58,352 nucleotides of DNA from Candidatus Thorarchaeota archaeon (GTDB taxonomy: Archaea > Asgardarchaeota > Thorarchaeia > Thorarchaeales > Thorarchaeaceae), in NCBI GenBank assembly GCA_048884965.1, contig JBHLQH010000008.1, forward strand, positions 5,745 to 64,096. The letters run 5' to 3'. Below are positions 38,606-47,899 of this stretch, piece after piece. Positions within the stretch are counted from its first letter, which is position 1, and the number at the start of each line of letters is the position of its first letter. A model generated the notes under the pieces. It was not told where the DNA came from, made no database searches, and saw only the letters and a list, made by a program, of their open reading frames with translations. A program made the translations under genes and the position numbers.

Positions 38606-38711
38606 GTTTTCCTCAACTTCATTCTAGTCATTGGAGTCATATAGATGATTCTCATTATTAGTGAGTGATGAATCCAACAAACACAATAACCAGTTCAGCT
38701 GTGATTATCGT

Positions 38712-39503
38712 GTGAAAATCGTCTATCATCCAATGATGCTCGAAAGCTATGATCGAACACCAGCGGGAGCAGTGGGAAGACTGGAGTCAGCAGTACAACT
38801 CCTTTCAAAGAAGGCGGGGTATGAGTTTGTCGAGCCCAAGCCAGCAACGGATGAAGATATCATTCGCGCACATTCCTCCCGCCATATTGAAAGAATAAAG
38901 GCTGATAGTGATACCCGAAAGGAGGGGCTATTGGAGAAACTTGCTCGTCTTGCAGCAGGAGGCTCTATCCTTACAGGTGAGATTGCACTAGGCGGAAAGC
39001 CTGCCTTTGGACTGCTAAGACCTCCCGGACATCATGCTTCTCGAAGTAGCTACTGGGGCTTTTGCTATTACTCCAATATGGCAATTACAATTCTGAACTT
39101 GAAATCTAGAGGGCTCATCAAGTCTGCATTCGTGCTAGACTTCGATCTTCATGTAGGAGATGGAACAATAAACATCCTAGGAGAGAAGAAGGCATTCACG
39201 ATTCACAATCCAAGTGGCAAAGGGGACGAATCATTCCTGAATGATATTCGCGCAGCTTTGAAGAAAGCTCCTGAATACGATATTATTGCGGCATCTGCAG
39301 GTTTTGATCAGTATGTCAATGACTGGGGGGGAAATATATCCACAGCAGGATTCAACGAGATAGGTCGAGTCATGCTAGAATTTGCAGAGGAAAGATGCGA
39401 AGGCAAGTGTTTTGGGATTCTTGAAGGAGGATATAACTTCGAGGACTTGGGGAAGAATGTACTTGCCTTCTGTGAAGGTCTTCAGGGTAAGTCCGTCAAA
39501 TAG
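38712..39503 (+). CDS. histone deacetylase family protein
   Basis: RPPGHH, GFC, DFDLHVGDG, SAGFD, LEGGY; GTG 38712 preferred. Confidence 0.92.
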   Translation: MKIVYHPMMLESYDRTPAGAVGRLESAVQLLSKKAGYEFVEPKPATDEDIIRAHSSRHIERIKADSDTRKEGLLEKLARLAAGGSILTGEIALGGKPAFGLLRPPGHHASRSSYWGFCYYSNMAITILNLKSRGLIKSAFVLDFDLHVGDGTINILGEKKAFTIHNPSGKGDESFLNDIRAALKKAPEYDIIAASAGFDQYVNDWGGNISTAGFNEIGRVMLEFAEERCEGKCFGILEGGYNFEDLGKNVLAFCEGLQGKSVK

Positions 39504-39512
39504 AACTCCAGC

Positions 39513-39821
39513 CTATTCGAGATTCAAGACCTCTTTTATCGCCTCACGATACACTTCGAATGCTCTTCTTCCCTCTGGAGACAATGTCAGCGTAGTACGA
39601 GGCTTCTTCTCGATGAATTCCTTCGTGACAATCACATATCCAGCAGCTTCGAGCTTTGAAACATGAGAAGAGAGATTTCCCCAGGTTAGATCAGTCTGTC
39701 TCATGAGATACACCATATCCGCACTTTCAACGACATAGAGTTGAGCAACTATCTTCAGGCGGGCGGGTTCATGTATCACTTTGTCAATAGTCTGGTCTTC
39801 ATCTTTGCTCAGTGCCTTCAT
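39513..39821 (-). CDS. winged-helix transcriptional regulator (ArsR/MarR-like)
   Basis: IHEPARLKI, LTWGNLSSH..KLE.AGYV...K.F...KPRT. Confidence 0.9.
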   Translation of the reverse strand: MKALSKDEDQTIDKVIHEPARLKIVAQLYVVESADMVYLMRQTDLTWGNLSSHVSKLEAAGYVIVTKEFIEKKPRTTLTLSPEGRRAFEVYREAIKEVLNLE

Positions 39822-40443
39822 CCTCCGGAGATTCAAGTATAGGATATGAGTGGGTGAAATAAAGGAACTTGAATATGCCACCGGTGCCCAGTATTGCTCC
39901 TAGAAGCAGACAGTAGATTAGAATGCCATCATAATAGTCAGCGGGAGGATAGGCTACGGAAAGAATCGCGATAGCTAGACCAAGAGAGGTCGTCAGGATT
40001 CCAAACAACCAATATAGCTTGGATCCTGTCTTCTCAACCAGGTAGCTGCTAGCTCCTAGCATCAGGAAGCCGAAGGTGAATGGAAAGATAATGACCCAAT
40101 TAGCAAGGTTCAGTATATCACCAGTTAGCAATTGAACTGCGATTCCTGAAGTTAGGAGCATAAGCACTAGCAGAAGAATGAATGCTCCGAAGTTTAGGTC
40201 AGTTCCTTTAGTACGGAGTTTCACATAGCCCAATCTAGGATATGTATACCTCTGGCGAATCCCTTCCATCAGTTTTGGTAGGAACAGGATGTAGAAAACC
40301 ACGTACATAGAGATAAAGACAGGATTTCGGAAGACTATAGCAGAGTAGAGAAAAATCAACCCGGCAAGTATCTCTGAAATGCCATCCTTCATGGAATCTC
40401 TCATAGCGTTCTGTTCGATTTTTGTAAGATCTTCGTCGTTCAT
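39799..40443 (-). CDS. multi-pass membrane protein co-transcribed with the regulator
   Basis: DGISEI, TYPRLGYVK motif, about 6 TM; overlaps the start of the regulator. Confidence 0.8.
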   Translation of the reverse strand: MNDEDLTKIEQNAMRDSMKDGISEILAGLIFLYSAIVFRNPVFISMYVVFYILFLPKLMEGIRQRYTYPRLGYVKLRTKGTDLNFGAFILLLVLMLLTSGIAVQLLTGDILNLANWVIIFPFTFGFLMLGASSYLVEKTGSKLYWLFGILTTSLGLAIAILSVAYPPADYYDGILIYCLLLGAILGTGGIFKFLYFTHSYPILESPEDEGTEQR

Positions 40444-40571
40444 TATCTATCACTTTATTCAAAGTACTCTGTAATGCAAAGTTCTTTGAAGAGATATAAA
40501 TGTTCTTGCTTCAGCAATTATTCTTCAGGAGTTTATATTGTGAGGTGATGATGAAGCAGTGGTGAGATGCG

Positions 40572-40823
40572 TTGTTACCATACTTGCTTCAAAGTCCATT
40601 GACTGATTTCATAGCCCTTATCGCGGGATATTTCGCAGAGATTTGGGAGTTTCTGATATTCATTGGCAGGGTTTCAGGAATCATCGTTGTATTAGTAGGT
40701 GCCATCCTATGGTTCACTGAGGTGAACTCTGGAAGAGGGAAAGGATTGGTGGCAGGAGGGATATTACTATCGATCGTCGTTCAGTATTTTGTGATGTATC
40801 CGCCCACTTTTGCAGTCCTTTGA
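40572..40823 (+). CDS. small two-TM protein (VirB2/TrbC pilin-like topology)
   Basis: Two hydrophobic helices joined by a GRGKG loop; GGTGA SD. Confidence 0.6.
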   Translation: MLPYLLQSPLTDFIALIAGYFAEIWEFLIFIGRVSGIIVVLVGAILWFTEVNSGRGKGLVAGGILLSIVVQYFVMYPPTFAVL

Positions 40824-40856
40824 TAGTAGTTTAAATCATCTTCTTCAGCACCACCT

Positions 40857-40929
40857 GATGAGTGGGTGCAATGGTTTCACACAGAACCGCACTCACCCCG
40901 AGGACGGGCGTCCTCGGCCACTACCTTTT
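40857..40929 (+). ncRNA. candidate ~70-nt structured RNA (three-way junction)
   Basis: TTTAAAT box at 40830, stems AGTGG/CCACT, GTGC/GCAC, CCGAGGAC/GTCCTCGG, ends in TTTT. Confidence 0.4.
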
Positions 40930-40980
40930 GAGTGCCCTGCGGAAAGGTTTATGACTGAACTTGCCCGAGCAAAAACCCGC

Positions 40981-41058
40981 GGGCCCGTTGCCTAGTCTGG
41001 ATAGGGCGCTAGCCTTCTAAGTTAGAGGTCGCGTGTTCGAATCACGCCGGGCCCACCA
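40981..41058 (+). tRNA. tRNA-Arg(TCT)
   Basis: Acceptor GGGCCCG/CGGGCCC, anticodon arm CTAGC-CTTCTAA-GTTAG, GTTCGAATC, encoded CCA. Confidence 0.95.
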
Positions 41059-41063
41059 CAATT

Positions 41064-41414
41064 CTACGGCTCTAATGACTGATATTTGATAATTGAACAC
41101 TTTTTGCTTACATATGATTCAACGTAGCTGTAAGTAACTCTATAATGATGCTCGAAGATCTCCTCTCCTCGTAATAGAGGCAGCTCCGAACTCCATGTGA
41201 TTCCTTCAGGGGCAATCAGAAAACCTGTTTCCATCAATTCATTGCACGATGGACAACGAGCAGAAGACATTGTGTGCAAGTCACTCTGCTGCGTTGTGGT
41301 ATTCGAACTTGAACAGAATCCATAGCATAGACAGATGATTGTGCTAGCCAATATCCCGATAAGAATCATCATCGCTGATATCTCAGATGGTACTACCTGC
41401 ACGGAAAAATGCAA
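41064..41414 (-). CDS. TM-anchored small zinc-ribbon-like protein, possibly degenerate
   Basis: CPSC...METGFL...ITWS motif shared with 47900-48124; second CxxC reduced to SKKC. Confidence 0.5.
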   Translation of the reverse strand: MHFSVQVVPSEISAMMILIGILASTIICLCYGFCSSSNTTTQQSDLHTMSSARCPSCNELMETGFLIAPEGITWSSELPLLRGEEIFEHHYRVTYSYVESYVSKKCSIIKYQSLEP

Positions 41415-41558
41415 CCTCCCATCAGACGCTGGATGTTCGCATGAAGTAAGAAGTAATAATCACTTACACGGACCTTAAGCAATAGAGGTTATTCCTTGCA
41501 AACAGTTTTGTTGCTTCGTTCTTGTATTGACATATCAGAAAGGGAGATTATTGAGTAG

Positions 41559-42239
41559 ATGACAGCTGATGACTTCGAATCCAGATCATATGAGCAGCAA
41601 ACCACGCCGGAGTTGGAGAAACTCAAGACTCGGTCTAAGAATGGATGCGTTGCTGGTTGTCTACTGATGCTAAGCCCACTAGTATTTTTCGCGTTAGCAT
41701 TCATCTTGCCACCAAGCCTGTTGAATCGGGTCTTTCTACCCGCCCTCATTGGATTCTTCGGACTTGCAATCGTCGGGGTTATTGTGCTTGGCCTATTTGC
41801 GATTGGATCAAATACGCTAGTCAGAGCCTATGAGATTCTCTTGGCACTAGGACCACCTGAGCCGCAGATAGGGAAGCGATATGTAGTAAGAGAACTAAAT
41901 GATGTCTATATCATTGGGCACTCCTTAAGTGGAATGTTCTATTTCATTGCTTTCAGAGGACAAGCAGGACTCGCATCTACGTCGAAGATGAGAATCCCAC
42001 AAGCATTATGGAAATGGGAGAAGAGAATTGAGGTTGGGAGTCACAATCTCTATAGACGAGAAGGTGTTTTCGCAGTACCTACTGAACGAGGAGATTTTCT
42101 ATCAGGAGAAGGAGTACTCTATGCAGAGGCGTTCATACCAAGCAAGTACAACCTGATTGTACCAGACTTCAAAAAAGATGATCTGCTTGCTATCGTTGAG
42201 CGTGTATCAGAGGATGCAATGAACCCATCCTATGAGTAA
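41559..42239 (+). CDS. hypothetical membrane protein
   Basis: Two TM helices then a soluble domain, 226 aa. Confidence 0.7.
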   Translation: MTADDFESRSYEQQTTPELEKLKTRSKNGCVAGCLLMLSPLVFFALAFILPPSLLNRVFLPALIGFFGLAIVGVIVLGLFAIGSNTLVRAYEILLALGPPEPQIGKRYVVRELNDVYIIGHSLSGMFYFIAFRGQAGLASTSKMRIPQALWKWEKRIEVGSHNLYRREGVFAVPTERGDFLSGEGVLYAEAFIPSKYNLIVPDFKKDDLLAIVERVSEDAMNPSYE

Positions 42240-42248
42240 GAGCCAATC

Positions 42249-43967
42249 TTACGAGAAGTCGATCCCATGTTTTATCCATTCAGGCAGAACACTATCAAGT
42301 TGCTGTTCAAGCTCGTGGATGTTTGTGTAGGAATCGATACCCTTGAGGCGTGTGGCACGCTTTGCACCGATTCCAGGGATTGCCTTCCACTGTGCCAAAG
42401 ACGCTTCATTGGGTCTGAAGGGATAAGGCAGGACCTTGAGAGAACGAGGGCCATGATCTATGACAAGGACATCCCTTCGATCGGCAATTTCCTGACCAAT
42501 TGGCAGGTGACAGAGTAGGGGATATGTTCCCAGTTGACGTAGGAGATAGCTGTTTCCTTCTTGTCGTTCAATAAAGAGAGACCTGAGGATTGTCCCAGGA
42601 GGCGCAACTCGTTTGATCATTTCCGTATCAATCTCTTGACGAACCTGCTCCTTATGTCTGAAGAAGAGGTTTCGTTTGAGCTTGGTTTTGGCACTTCCAA
42701 GTCGAGTGTCATCGAACCCTATGACTTGACGGATATTGATTCGTCTCACAATCAGTCCCTCATCTACGAGAGTCTTGAGGAATTCCATGTTATGATCGAT
42801 TGTCCTTCTGGATTCACCAGGCAACCCGTATAGAAGATTAATGCCTGGAAGAAGATGTGGTAGACCCCATAGATCTCTCTCGCCACCCACTTCATTCAGA
42901 AGACGTACTGCCTCCAAAATCTCTTCAGGTGATGCCTTCAGATTGTTTCGTTTTATGACTTCGGGGTCGAGTGACTCAGCACCAAAGGCTGCAACATCGC
43001 CCTCTGTGTGATATTTCATGATCACCTTGGCAACAGATTCGCTCCTCTCCGGATGCCTCGCAATGGTGCCTGGGTTCACGTTGTCGATATGGAGGACATC
43101 CAAGTCAGGCGCTACAACCCGAATCTTGGAAAACATCTCTTCAAGTGCGAGAGGATTGGGTGTTGGAAATTCCTCTTCTCCTATCTCCTTTGAGCCATAC
43201 GTGAAGAGGTCTGCCTGCTTACCAATCCGGAAGGCACGAACTCCAAATTCGTAGAGTGCCTTGATCTCATTTGCAATATCATCTGCAGGTCTTTGCTGAG
43301 GTAATCCATAGAGAGGTTCCGTGCAGAATGAGCAACCTCCTGTGATGAACCTCGGACATCCTCTATAGGTTTCAATCTCAGCTATCAGATATCCTCGTTG
43401 GTGATTGGGATGCTGCAGAGCAACTCGAGCCCCAGTGACTGCGTACTCGTTGATTTGAGCGGGTGTGGCTGATTGAATGTCAGATGTTGCAACATGCTCT
43501 ACAGACCAGTTCATGCTAGCAATCTGTGCCACCACCATCTCTGGGTCTCCAGGTAAGACATGAGTGATAGGTGGTGTGAGGTGCTCCGAACTCATGGCAA
43601 GTTTGCCTCCCTCCAAGCCGCATCCAAAATTCGCCCACGGGCCTACAAGGATTGAGGTGGTTGAGTCTAACCGAGGGTCTGAGAACAGGGTTCGTGCTTC
43701 TCGGACAGAGATGGGAGTACCGCCTATGTACTTGCCAGGGACAATCATTCCAGCAACGAGAATGACCAAATCACATGTACTCCATTTCTCTATCGCATGA
43801 CCAAAGCTTCTCCGTACATGGTCGATGGTAGTGTATAGTATCTCAGCATGCGAGTCGTGTTTCCAAATGGCACCTGCTATGTACCGAGGGTACATGCTAA
43901 GATAAGGAGGGACACCTAGAACAGTAGGCTCGTCAACATATCCATCAACAATGGCAACACGGACCAA
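42249..43967 (-). CDS. radical SAM protein with C-terminal helix-hairpin-helix
   Basis: DGYVDEP..LGVPPY, ETYRGCPRFITGGCSFC, RRINIRQV, IPGIGAKRA. Confidence 0.9.
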   Translation of the reverse strand: MVRVAIVDGYVDEPTVLGVPPYLSMYPRYIAGAIWKHDSHAEILYTTIDHVRRSFGHAIEKWSTCDLVILVAGMIVPGKYIGGTPISVREARTLFSDPRLDSTTSILVGPWANFGCGLEGGKLAMSSEHLTPPITHVLPGDPEMVVAQIASMNWSVEHVATSDIQSATPAQINEYAVTGARVALQHPNHQRGYLIAEIETYRGCPRFITGGCSFCTEPLYGLPQQRPADDIANEIKALYEFGVRAFRIGKQADLFTYGSKEIGEEEFPTPNPLALEEMFSKIRVVAPDLDVLHIDNVNPGTIARHPERSESVAKVIMKYHTEGDVAAFGAESLDPEVIKRNNLKASPEEILEAVRLLNEVGGERDLWGLPHLLPGINLLYGLPGESRRTIDHNMEFLKTLVDEGLIVRRINIRQVIGFDDTRLGSAKTKLKRNLFFRHKEQVRQEIDTEMIKRVAPPGTILRSLFIERQEGNSYLLRQLGTYPLLCHLPIGQEIADRRDVLVIDHGPRSLKVLPYPFRPNEASLAQWKAIPGIGAKRATRLKGIDSYTNIHELEQQLDSVLPEWIKHGIDFS

Positions 43968-43968
43968 A

Positions 43969-44961
43969 CTAATCCCACCCTGTCACATTATCATAGCCGG
44001 ATTCAGGGATGTCTATGTAGCCTTCTTTAGTCTCATATCTTACGCCCTCACCTGTTGTTACGTACCCAATTTCATAGAGCGGTACTTTCTGCTGTTGGGC
44101 AATCTGTTGCGCAATCTCCCACTTCTCAGGTGGAATTGATAGGACCAGAATAAACTCCTCTCCGCCTTGCATGACAAAATGATATTCCATCACATAACTA
44201 TTGCGCGCGAATTTCATAACCTCTGTTGAGATGGGCAGACTATCAAGGACGAACGCCACACCACTCTGTTTTGCCATTGTATGAAGCGTGATGCCAATGC
44301 CATCACTGCTGTCCATAGAGGCGTTGACTGCTCCTTCTTTTGCTAATGCATGGACGAACTCATGATGTATATGGGGATTCAGTACCGCAGCCAAAGCGTC
44401 GTATTTCAGCTGACCTTCAAGATTCTTTCCTCTCAACAAGTGCTCGAATGCAACAGCTGTCAGACCTAGCTCTCCCGTCACTGCCAGGATGTCATTAGGT
44501 TTGGCACCCCCACGGGTTACGATTTCATTGGAGGATGCAATGCCAATACCTACTCCAGTCAAGACGACATCAGCAGCAACACCAAAGTCACCACCGATGA
44601 AGGCGATACCATTCTTCATGCAGTACTGAGAGAAGCCACGTACGAGTTCCTCTGCTTCTTCAGACGGGTAGTCCTTGGGAATACACAAAGAGAGCATGGC
44701 TGCTTTGGGAAGGGCTCCTTTTGCAGCGACATCGCTAATCGTCATGACTGCGGTCTTCCGCCCTGCCTGAGCCGCGGTCATTTGAGGTAACCAGTCTGTC
44801 TTGCGTACGAAGGTATCCACATTGATGACAACATGCTCGTTGTCAGAGATGGGAATGTCAGAAGCATCTTCATCAAAGGCCAGAACGGACCCCTTAGCGA
44901 CTTGAACTAGGCGTCTGATCCTTTGGAGGAACTCACGTTCGCCCATGTTTCCTTCTTCCAT
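43969..44961 (-). CDS. thiL: thiamine-monophosphate kinase
   Basis: GEREF, DEDA, SDVAAKGA.P, IGGD, MDSSDG, GGEEF.L. Confidence 0.9.
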   Translation of the reverse strand: MEEGNMGEREFLQRIRRLVQVAKGSVLAFDEDASDIPISDNEHVVINVDTFVRKTDWLPQMTAAQAGRKTAVMTISDVAAKGALPKAAMLSLCIPKDYPSEEAEELVRGFSQYCMKNGIAFIGGDFGVAADVVLTGVGIGIASSNEIVTRGGAKPNDILAVTGELGLTAVAFEHLLRGKNLEGQLKYDALAAVLNPHIHHEFVHALAKEGAVNASMDSSDGIGITLHTMAKQSGVAFVLDSLPISTEVMKFARNSYVMEYHFVMQGGEEFILVLSIPPEKWEIAQQIAQQQKVPLYEIGYVTTGEGVRYETKEGYIDIPESGYDNVTGWD

Positions 44962-45017
44962 AGCTTTCAGCCTAGCACTATCATCTGGTCGAGCGAGATA
45001 AGTCTTTCACGCCAAGA

Positions 45018-46115
45018 TTAGCTCTCTAGGAAGATGAGATATGGCAGAGCATGAGCAACATATTGGTCGACTTGACTCACGAGATCCCAATCACTATGGA
45101 AATCCTCAGCTGTGAGTCTCTTGTATACGGCCTCATTTATGCTTCTCAATAGAATTCTGAGGGAGCGGCGAACAAAGTAGGTTGCCCGATCACATATTAA
45201 CAAGACCGTCAGTTCCCCTTGAGTTTCAAAGAGCAGAGTGCGATTCCTAGACTCTATGAGTTCCAATTGAGCATCTGTCTGCAGGGATTCTGACAACAGT
45301 GTAGAGATAGCAGTGACAGCCATGCTCATCAGATGCTCAGGGACCTTTGCACTCTCAAATCCCTTATTCTGAACCAATCGAGAGTAGACCGCGATTCCTG
45401 CTGCATTATAGAGAATCACATCATGTATTGGCACAGGCATTCGATAGAGGTAGTCTGGTTTACGGATGTAGATTGAAACGAGCAGGACAAGGCCAACGAA
45501 GGTGATGAGATCGCCTAGCTCGTAGAGGGATAGTCCATCCAAGGAGCTTAGATCAGTGTGATTTGCGATTGCTGTTGGAACGCTCCCAATTGTGAGGATG
45601 ATGAGAGATATCCACTCGATATTGGCACCTCGTTCTCTTGTGAGGAGCCATCCGCGAAATGAAACATATGTTGCGAACGTGAATGTTAGCATCCGTGAGA
45701 GGTCGTGAGCCAAATCATTCACAGTCCCAAGACCGACTGAAGGGGATGAGGTGGTCAGAATGATGAAACTGGTCGAGAGGCCAATCCCAAGAAGCGCGCT
45801 CATAATCGCAAGCCGCTCCAAGCGAGGTGTGAGTCGAACGACCTGCTCGAAGTGCAGGTAGATACAGTACAGCATGAGAACATAAAAAACTCCGTTCACC
45901 AAGACAGAGACATTTGCTCCGAGGGGATTTCCGGATGGAAGGAATGGCTCGATTGCGAACAATGTCACTCCTATAAACCCAAAGATCAGTCCAAGGGAGA
46001 GTAGATGAGCTTGTCTGCTCTTCCGAATTGTCTGATAGATAAACAATGCAAGAAGTAATCCTAGTACGATGTCCAGTGCTATTAGAATAGCCTCAGCAGT
46101 TTCTATGACCTGCAT
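45018..46115 (-). CDS. seven-TM membrane protein with C-terminal longin-like domain
   Basis: Seven hydrophobic helices then IHDVILYNAAGIAVYS...AISTLLSE...LTVLLICDR. Confidence 0.65.
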   Translation of the reverse strand: MQVIETAEAILIALDIVLGLLLALFIYQTIRKSRQAHLLSLGLIFGFIGVTLFAIEPFLPSGNPLGANVSVLVNGVFYVLMLYCIYLHFEQVVRLTPRLERLAIMSALLGIGLSTSFIILTTSSPSVGLGTVNDLAHDLSRMLTFTFATYVSFRGWLLTRERGANIEWISLIILTIGSVPTAIANHTDLSSLDGLSLYELGDLITFVGLVLLVSIYIRKPDYLYRMPVPIHDVILYNAAGIAVYSRLVQNKGFESAKVPEHLMSMAVTAISTLLSESLQTDAQLELIESRNRTLLFETQGELTVLLICDRATYFVRRSLRILLRSINEAVYKRLTAEDFHSDWDLVSQVDQYVAHALPYLIFLES

Positions 46116-46246
46116 AGCTTTCGACTCCTCTTATGTCAGCATCCCATTATACCAAGTGGATAGTTTTAGCAGTATTGTGTTTGGAGTAGGGTCGCGTTTC
46201 TTCATGTATATCTTTATTAGAAAATCCAAATCGATAGCGCTGTCAA

Positions 46247-46352
46247 GCCTCGGTGGCTTAGTGGTCATAGCGTCTGCTTCGTAAGCAGAATGCCGGGGGT
46301 TCGAAAATACACGGGATTTCCTCGTGAATTGAAAATCCCCCCCGGGGCTCCA
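46247..46352 (+). tRNA. tRNA-Thr(CGT) with 30-nt intron in the T-loop (46306-46335)
   Basis: Anticodon arm TCTGC-TTCGTAA-GCAGA; removing a BHB-flanked insert restores GGGGG-TTCGAAT-CCCCC; encoded CCA. Confidence 0.92.
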
Positions 46353-46498
46353 TTCCTTTTTTGAAAAGCTCTGTTACCCTATGCCAGTTTTGTGACAGTT
46401 TACTAAGGTCTAGAGTGCGCCAAAATGTTTATCTACGATTTGTGCTCATTTATTATTGCTTTATGCGTAAAATGATAAAGTAAATGGAGGTATAGGAT

Positions 46499-47800
46499 AT
46501 GAAAAAACGAATACTGATTCCAGCGATTTTGATGGCGCTGTTTTTCTTCAGCGGTGTAAGTGTGCAACCCGTTGCTGCATATGGCGGTGGACACACCTAC
46601 GGTGACTTGCGTGCGATACAAATTCTGAATGCAACCTTTGGTTCAGATATGGCCGAGCTATACAGGCATTTACCTGAGATTGATGACGGGAATGTCTGGG
46701 CTGACAATGATGTAGATAATCCAGATAGGAAACGACATTACCATAATCCGAATTCCCACAAGGGACTAATCTGGCTTCCTGATGGAGATAGAACGGCTGC
46801 TACCGTGGCAAACATCGGTATGGAGAGAGCTCTAACTGCCTATGAGGATTATGAAACCAATGGGAACATCCTGTCGTTATACGAGGCCTATGAATGGATT
46901 GGCTTTGCGCTTCATCACATTCAGGATCTGACAACACCTTGTCATACAGACATTATTGATGGAGGTGTGCTCTATCACAAAAGCTATGAGAGCTTCTGCT
47001 CTGATAATTTTGCGACTTATGCCGATCCAGTCACAACAGGCATCTATACATTCACCTCATTCGTAGAGAATGATAAGACACACTGCGATCCTACCACAGC
47101 ATATGGTTGGGTAGACTATGCTGCTCACCAAGCAAACGAATACTGCAATGATGCGTTGGCTGGTCAATTCACTGAATGTGCAAGCGCATTGATACCCCTT
47201 TCAGTGAAGCTTAGTGTAGGATTCCTTTTCTTCGCTTTCCACCAGTTGCATCCTGATGCGGATGTTGATGGTGATGGACTAACCTATGAGGAAGAAGAAC
47301 AAGCAGGGACTTACGCGTGGAAGGCTGATTCCGATGATGACACGATGCCTGACAAGTGGGAACTCGACTGGGGACTGAATCCAATGTCCGCCAGTGATAA
47401 GACCCTTGACAAGGACGGTGATGGATTGAAGAACTACTTGGAATACAGGTATGGTTGCTATCCTTCAATCTCTGACTCCGATGGCGATACCATGAAAGAT
47501 GGTTGGGAGATCACCTACGGTCTCAATCCCCTTAGTAGTGGGGACAAGTACCTTGACAAGGATGGGGATGGCCTCAAGAACTATCTCGAGTATTCTAAGG
47601 GCACGAATCCAACTAAGAAAGACACCGACGGAGACGGATTGAACGACTATGTGGAAATCTATACCTACCACACAAATCCAACAAGATTCGATACTGATGG
47701 AGACGGCTATGGAGACGGATGGGAGATTGCCAATGGCTATGATCCGCTGAACTACTACAGCAAGCCTCTACCTCCCACAGATCCGATCTTTGTCCCATAA
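46499..47800 (+). CDS. secreted zinc-dependent phospholipase C/S1-P1-like enzyme with DxDGDG calcium-binding repeats
   Basis: Signal peptide, HYHNP, GFALHHIQDLTTPCH, H.SYE; seven DxDxD(G) units. Confidence 0.75.
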   Translation: MKKRILIPAILMALFFFSGVSVQPVAAYGGGHTYGDLRAIQILNATFGSDMAELYRHLPEIDDGNVWADNDVDNPDRKRHYHNPNSHKGLIWLPDGDRTAATVANIGMERALTAYEDYETNGNILSLYEAYEWIGFALHHIQDLTTPCHTDIIDGGVLYHKSYESFCSDNFATYADPVTTGIYTFTSFVENDKTHCDPTTAYGWVDYAAHQANEYCNDALAGQFTECASALIPLSVKLSVGFLFFAFHQLHPDADVDGDGLTYEEEEQAGTYAWKADSDDDTMPDKWELDWGLNPMSASDKTLDKDGDGLKNYLEYRYGCYPSISDSDGDTMKDGWEITYGLNPLSSGDKYLDKDGDGLKNYLEYSKGTNPTKKDTDGDGLNDYVEIYTYHTNPTRFDTDGDGYGDGWEIANGYDPLNYYSKPLPPTDPIFVP

Positions 47801-47829
47801 GGCATGATAAGGACGAAATCTCACAAACA

Positions 47830-47869
47830 GGGAGATGTGCAGGGAAGCCTGCCCTCCCGCCTATTTTTT
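47830..47869 (+). terminator. hairpin plus T-run downstream of 46499-47800
   Basis: GGGAG..GCAGG-GAAG-CCTGC..CTCCC then TTTTTT. Confidence 0.5.
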
Positions 47870-47899
47870 CTCTTATTCGACTGAGTTTCTCTTCGCTTC

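Noticed and set aside
40855-40900. CTGATGA plus stem as a hammerhead ribozyme
   Set aside because: The required GAAA after stem II is absent.
47260-47750. Repeated DNA units resembling an array
   Set aside because: They encode in-frame DxDGDG protein repeats with synonymous variation; not CRISPR.
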